Shown here piece by piece: positions 52,193 through 64,000 of a DNA stretch of 64,000 nucleotides. Both the position numbers and the translations under genes were made by a program. The DNA lies in NCBI GenBank assembly GCA_039096225.1, contig JBBPEB010000015.1, positions 1,922,001-1,986,000 on the forward strand, written 5' to 3'. The notes under the pieces are model-generated. The model saw only the letters and a list, made by a program, of their open reading frames with translations, did not search any database and had not been told where the DNA came from. The DNA comes from Blastocystis sp. Blastoise. Taxonomy: Eukaryota > Protista > Bigyra: Opalinata. The first letter of the stretch is position 1, and the number at the start of each line of letters is the position of its first letter.

Positions 52193-53672
52193 ATGAAATC
52201 GTTTTTATACACAATTCTGATAGGAACTCTTTTTCTATCAGTACAAGTATTCGCTCAGAAGAGTTTTTATGGTTCTATTGATTTGATTGATGGTGAATAT
52301 ATATACAAAGAAGGAGAAGACAAGAATTCTCTTGCATGGGGTAGAATGGATAATGCTATTCATCAAACAGGTTGGAACTTCTTATCTATAAATACTAATG
52401 AGAAGAACTCCAATGAAGACCAAGCTTATGCTGCCGGCTTATTAGAAGGAATTCTTACCCATAATCAAATTTATACTCACATCAAAAACCAAAAGACTGA
52501 AGAGAAGCCTCAAGAAAAAGTTCGTCGTTATTTTGAAGAGAATGCTAAATGGGATGAAGAGCAAAAGAAATCTGGAAAAGATCGTCTTTATTGGCATCAT
52601 AAGGAAATGATGGACCGTCAAGCTCAAGGAGTTATTGATGGATATTTTAGAGCAGCTTCTGAAGAACAAGTAATAATATTATATATATTTTTTATATATA
52701 CATTTTTTATTGACTTAAGAATTGTATATAATATAATCTATTATATATATATATAAAAAGTTGTGACTGCTTGGCAGATCAAGGTACTTACATATGAATA
52801 TGATATTTGGGATTTAAATATAGTATTACCTGATGTTAATACTACTAGTGCTACTACTCATAAGTATTATATATATCATATTAATACTAATATTATATAT
52901 ATATATATAGAATCAACATTATTTATATATTTAATATACTATTTCTTTAATTATTCATTAAATAATTATTCTTTATATATTGTTATCTATGTATATATCA
53001 TCACTATATATATATATATAGTTTACGTACATCTATTGAGGAATATCGTCGTAAAATGGATCATTGTTCTGCTTTACTTCGTATTACCCCTAATTATGAA
53101 GATATATATATATCTCATATTACTTGGGCAGGTGCTGAATCTATGTATCGTTTCTATAAAGTGTACGATATGCCGTTACATGTAGACCCTCAAACAAATG
53201 ATGTTATTGTTCCTGGTCACAAGATTAGTATGTCTAGTTATCCTGGTAGATTTACTAGTGGAGATGATTTCTATGAAATTAGTAGTGGATTAATTGTCCA
53301 AGAAACTACAGATGGTATATATATATATATATATACAGGAGTAGTGTTGATTATTTTATGTTATACACTCATTTTATTTTTATATCTAATATTATATTCA
53401 TTTTTATATTTATATAAATTTATATATATATATATATATATCAATATATATAGCTATTTGGGATGAATCTCTTAATAAGAATATTCAACCTCATACTGTC
53501 TACCAATGGGCAAGAAACGCTCTTGCAAATAGACTTGCAAAGTATATATATATGCTAGTTATACACGTGTTTTCATTCTTTTATTTAAAAAATATTTTAT
53601 TTATTTATTTATTTATTAATTTATTTTTTTATTTATTAATTTATTTAATTAATTAATTAATTATTTATTTAT

Positions 53673-53724
<52 letters not shown>

Positions 53725-53948
53725 ATGCAAAGGAATGGACGGATATCTTTGGTAAGTATCAAAGTGGTACTTATAATAATCAATGGATGGTATATGATTT
53801 AAAGAAATTCCATCCTTATGAAGGTATAGAAGATGGATCTTTCTATATATATGAATCTATACCTGGAGAATATAGAGTTGAAGATGAAACACAGTATTTA
53901 TTATAGTATAATATACTTTTTATATTGTTTCTTTGTAATATTTTATAT

Positions 53949-53981
<33 letters not shown>

Positions 53982-54933
53982 TGATTATTCTATAGACACC
54001 TTCGTGACACCCAATATTGGGCCTCTTATAATATTCCTGCTATTCCATATATTTATAATATCTCAGGATATCCTGATAAAGTCAAAGAAATGGTATATAT
54101 ATATATATATATATATATATTCCTATTACTTCACCTCTATATTCATTTAAAAATATTTTTTTTAAATAACTCTTATTTTATTCTTTATTTTCTACTATTA
54201 CTATCCATGTATATATATATATATATATATATAGGGTATATTATATGATTATACGGAGACTCCTCGTGCTCAAATCTTTAAACGTGATGTTCATAAAGTA
54301 ATAGATCTCTCTTCTATGCAGTATATGATGCGATATAATGACTTTCAACATGATCCCCTTAGTCGTTGTGACTGTAACCCTCCTTATACTTCTCAATATA
54401 CTATCAGTAGTCGATCCGATCTCAATGATATTAATGGTACATATCCATTCCCAGCTCTTGCTTTCCGTAATCATATGGGAACAGACGCTAAGCTTACTTC
54501 ATATAAGGTATATATATAGATAATTAGAATTATAATGTTAATTGAAATATAGTTATTATTTTATTTATATATGAAATATGTATGAACTTATATATATGCT
54601 TTTAATTATTATTATATATTATATTTTTTTTCTTAATATTACTATTTATCTTTTTTATAAATTTATTATTCTTTTATTTCATCTACTTTTATTTTCCTCT
54701 TCTTCTGTATTTATATATATACATATATATATATATAGATGTTCCATGATAGTTTCGCTAGTGCCTTTATTTCTGGTCCTACTTATCAGAATCAGCCTGC
54801 ATTCCAATTCTCTTCCTCTCCTCTTAAAGATCTTCCTCATGAAGATATGCCTGATAAATGGGAATTCCCATGGTTTTATATTCAAAAAGATCAACTAACT
54901 GGAGATCTTAAATATCAACCAATGAATAACTAA
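52193..54933 (+). CDS. Phospholipase B-like (Ntn hydrolase), 8 exons
   Basis: Signal peptide; TGWNFLSI...QAYAAGLLEG.LT; DHCSALLR (Ntn Cys); SSYPG...SGDDFY; ETT; SGTYNNQWM; YWASYNIP; PRAQIFKRD; MRYNDFQHDPLS; ISSRSDLN; GTDAK; ISGPT. Confidence 0.95.
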
Positions 54934-55471
54934 AACAAAAAGAGTATTTGAAATGAATATTGTTATCCTATTGTTTTGTTTCTATTCATTTCTTGACATT
55001 ATTTTATTCAATTTATGTTTAATATATATCAACTTAATTCTGAAACTACTATTCATTGATAAATATATATTTCACTCTCTTTTTAAATAATAACAGGAAC
55101 AATATCAGCCTGTTTCAGTATTAATCATTTAAAAACCCATTAAAATAAGATATTTAGCATGATTTATTCTTATAAGAATAATTATGCATTAAAGTAACGT
55201 CTTCTTTCTATAGGTATAATAATGAAGCATTTCGTTAAAAGAAGATAATGGATCTTATTGGCAATCCAAGCCATTATTTGATATGAAATCTATAAAATAT
55301 ATTTAGATACTTCTAAGTATTTAATCCTCTTGCTGAGATACTCTAGAACATGTAAATGAAATACTCTCTTAACCATTTGACTTTATAAATAATAATATTA
55401 AACATATTGAATATTTATTGAGTAGTTCTATCTATACAGCTCACTTAGAATAAGTTTTATAGAAAAAATGA

Positions 55472-55483
55472 TTTCCCGCGAAA
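55472..55483. promoter_or_regulatory. Candidate E2F-like element TTTCCCGCGAAA upstream of RAD52
   Basis: Matches TTTSSCGC, with an overlapping TTTCGCGG on the other strand, ~240 nt before the RAD52 ATG in otherwise CG-poor DNA. Confidence 0.4.
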
Positions 55484-55723
55484 TCCATTTTGGTTAATTC
55501 ATTACAATATGAACTATATCTTCATTTCTATACTTGATACAACTGATATAATACTTCATAATCAATTTCTTTTTGATAATAACTTAATACTCTCACAAAA
55601 AAACAAAAACAAAATTATTTTTTAATTTAATTTTCATTTTTATTTTTGGAGGGATACTGATAAAAGTCCTTTTTACAATTTGACTTTAAGAAAAAAAGTG
55701 TTGTTAAATCAAATAAAGTGAAA

Positions 55724-59455
<3,732 letters not shown>

Positions 59456-59538
59456 TTATTATTTAAATATTTTTCTTTCTCTTTGAATTATAATATATTC
59501 TTGTTTTGTTACATTTAAAATAAAAAATATTGTTATAT

Positions 59539-59569
<31 letters not shown>

Positions 59570-59655
59570 ACAAAACAAAATAATTCATACCATTTAATGA
59601 ACTAAAATAATATACAAAAGAAAAAAATTACAAGAATAAAAAGGAATCATAAGTA

Positions 59656-60381
59656 TTAAAATTTTAAATAAAAAGAAGGGAAATAATATTCTGTTTCTGA
59701 TCCTTGTGTATCAATCCAAGCAAATCCTTCTTTCATTAATTCATGGATCATATCTATATATACATCAACATCTAAATTAAGACTACGTAAGACAGATTCA
59801 CTCACTTTACCACCATGTTCTTGAGCTATATTCATAATACTAAACTTACTTTCATTTAGTTCTACAGGAGTATTAATAAGAACTTCACGATGTCCAACAT
59901 CTTGAGTTTTTAAATAACTAGCTAATGGCTTAATCTTATCAATAGCAATTTTAACATCAGCAAGAGAAACTTTTTCTTTTAAACCTCTTGTGGCATTGAC
60001 TCGATTCACAAGATCATCCAAAGGAATAATGCCTCCATTCAGATCTCTCGTAACAAGGCAAATATCAATTACACTAACACCTAAATTATTGTAGTATTTA
60101 CCAAAATCAGATCCAGTACCGAAAATACGACTAAGGAATGGCATCTCTGCAGATAATGGATCAATACCAAGTTGTAAACAAAGATCATAAAAGTCTTTTT
60201 GCATTTGTTTTTGTTCATTTACACTCATACCTTTGAGAGCATTTTGCTGATCATTTGCCATAATCTCCAGAGCCTTCTTTAATTCAACCATAACAGTTTC
60301 TGATATTTTGATTTGCTCATTAATCTTTTGAGTACGTAATTGTGCTTTCTCTTTTTGAAATGAAAAGTCTAAACCTGACAT
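59656..60381 (-). CDS. SNF8: ESCRT-II subunit SNF8/VPS22 (intronless)
   Basis: F..LC..LGIDPL; YY..LGV.VIDICL.TR.LNGGII; DV..AI.K.KPL; P.ELN; LMKEGFAWIDTQ..E..YYFPS. Confidence 0.92.
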   Translation of the reverse strand: MSGLDFSFQKEKAQLRTQKINEQIKISETVMVELKKALEIMANDQQNALKGMSVNEQKQMQKDFYDLCLQLGIDPLSAEMPFLSRIFGTGSDFGKYYNNLGVSVIDICLVTRDLNGGIIPLDDLVNRVNATRGLKEKVSLADVKIAIDKIKPLASYLKTQDVGHREVLINTPVELNESKFSIMNIAQEHGGKVSESVLRSLNLDVDVYIDMIHELMKEGFAWIDTQGSETEYYFPSFYLKF

Positions 60382-60709
60382 ACTTGATCTTTATACTTTC
60401 TTAAAATATTTTAAACTAAATAATATATATTATAAGTGTAGAATAACACAATATATTTTACAAAAGACTGAAAATCTCCAGTTTATTCTGTTTTGGGGTC
60501 TGAAAGTGACTGAATATTGAAAATCCGTATAATCATTAATAAAAAGGAAAGATGTGCAGAGACAAGTGTATAACCGCGATACATCGGTAATCTGAAAGAA
60601 GATCTTCAATGTTAATCTTGTTTTCTTTTCTCTATTATTATCGGATAGCCATCAGGGTTCTTTCAAATAATTATATAAACAGTTATAATATCAAAAAGAA
60701 ATATATATA

Positions 60710-64000
<3,291 letters not shown>

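Noticed and set aside
60480-60670. Slightly GC-richer stretch with short hairpins as an ncRNA (also ~16848 and ~31268)
   Set aside because: Stems are only 4-7 bp with no tRNA, snRNA or snoRNA motifs; promoter or spacer DNA is more likely.

Overview
Very AT-rich, intron-dense eukaryotic DNA. It most resembles a low-GC Blastocystis-like stramenopile. That assignment is an inference from the Cys/Trp-repeat surface proteins, TPLATE, minor introns and a TGTTT(T)GTT-like 3' motif. Splicing exons by hand gives 17 protein-coding genes with roughly 115-120 introns, most built from (TA)n/(TTA)n microsatellites. In order: a TLDc protein, a large galactose-binding/Ig surface protein, nicalin, coatomer beta, a giant secreted mosaic protein, RPL11, PSMD9, ADF/cofilin, carnosine N-methyltransferase, PPIL4, a low-complexity unknown, a GH125 mannosidase, FIGNL1, phospholipase B-like, RAD52, SNF8 and a 3'-truncated TPLATE homologue. 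Splicing is the most notable feature. There are two AT-AC (U12-type) introns, in nicalin and COPB. One RPL11 intron has no AG and must end in TG, and the first RPL11 intron may too. A tandem intron plus 12-nt micro-exon duplication in nicalin looks like intron gain caught in the act. I found no tRNA/rRNA genes, transposons or CRISPR arrays. Gene models and family calls are manual and from recalled motifs, not database searches.
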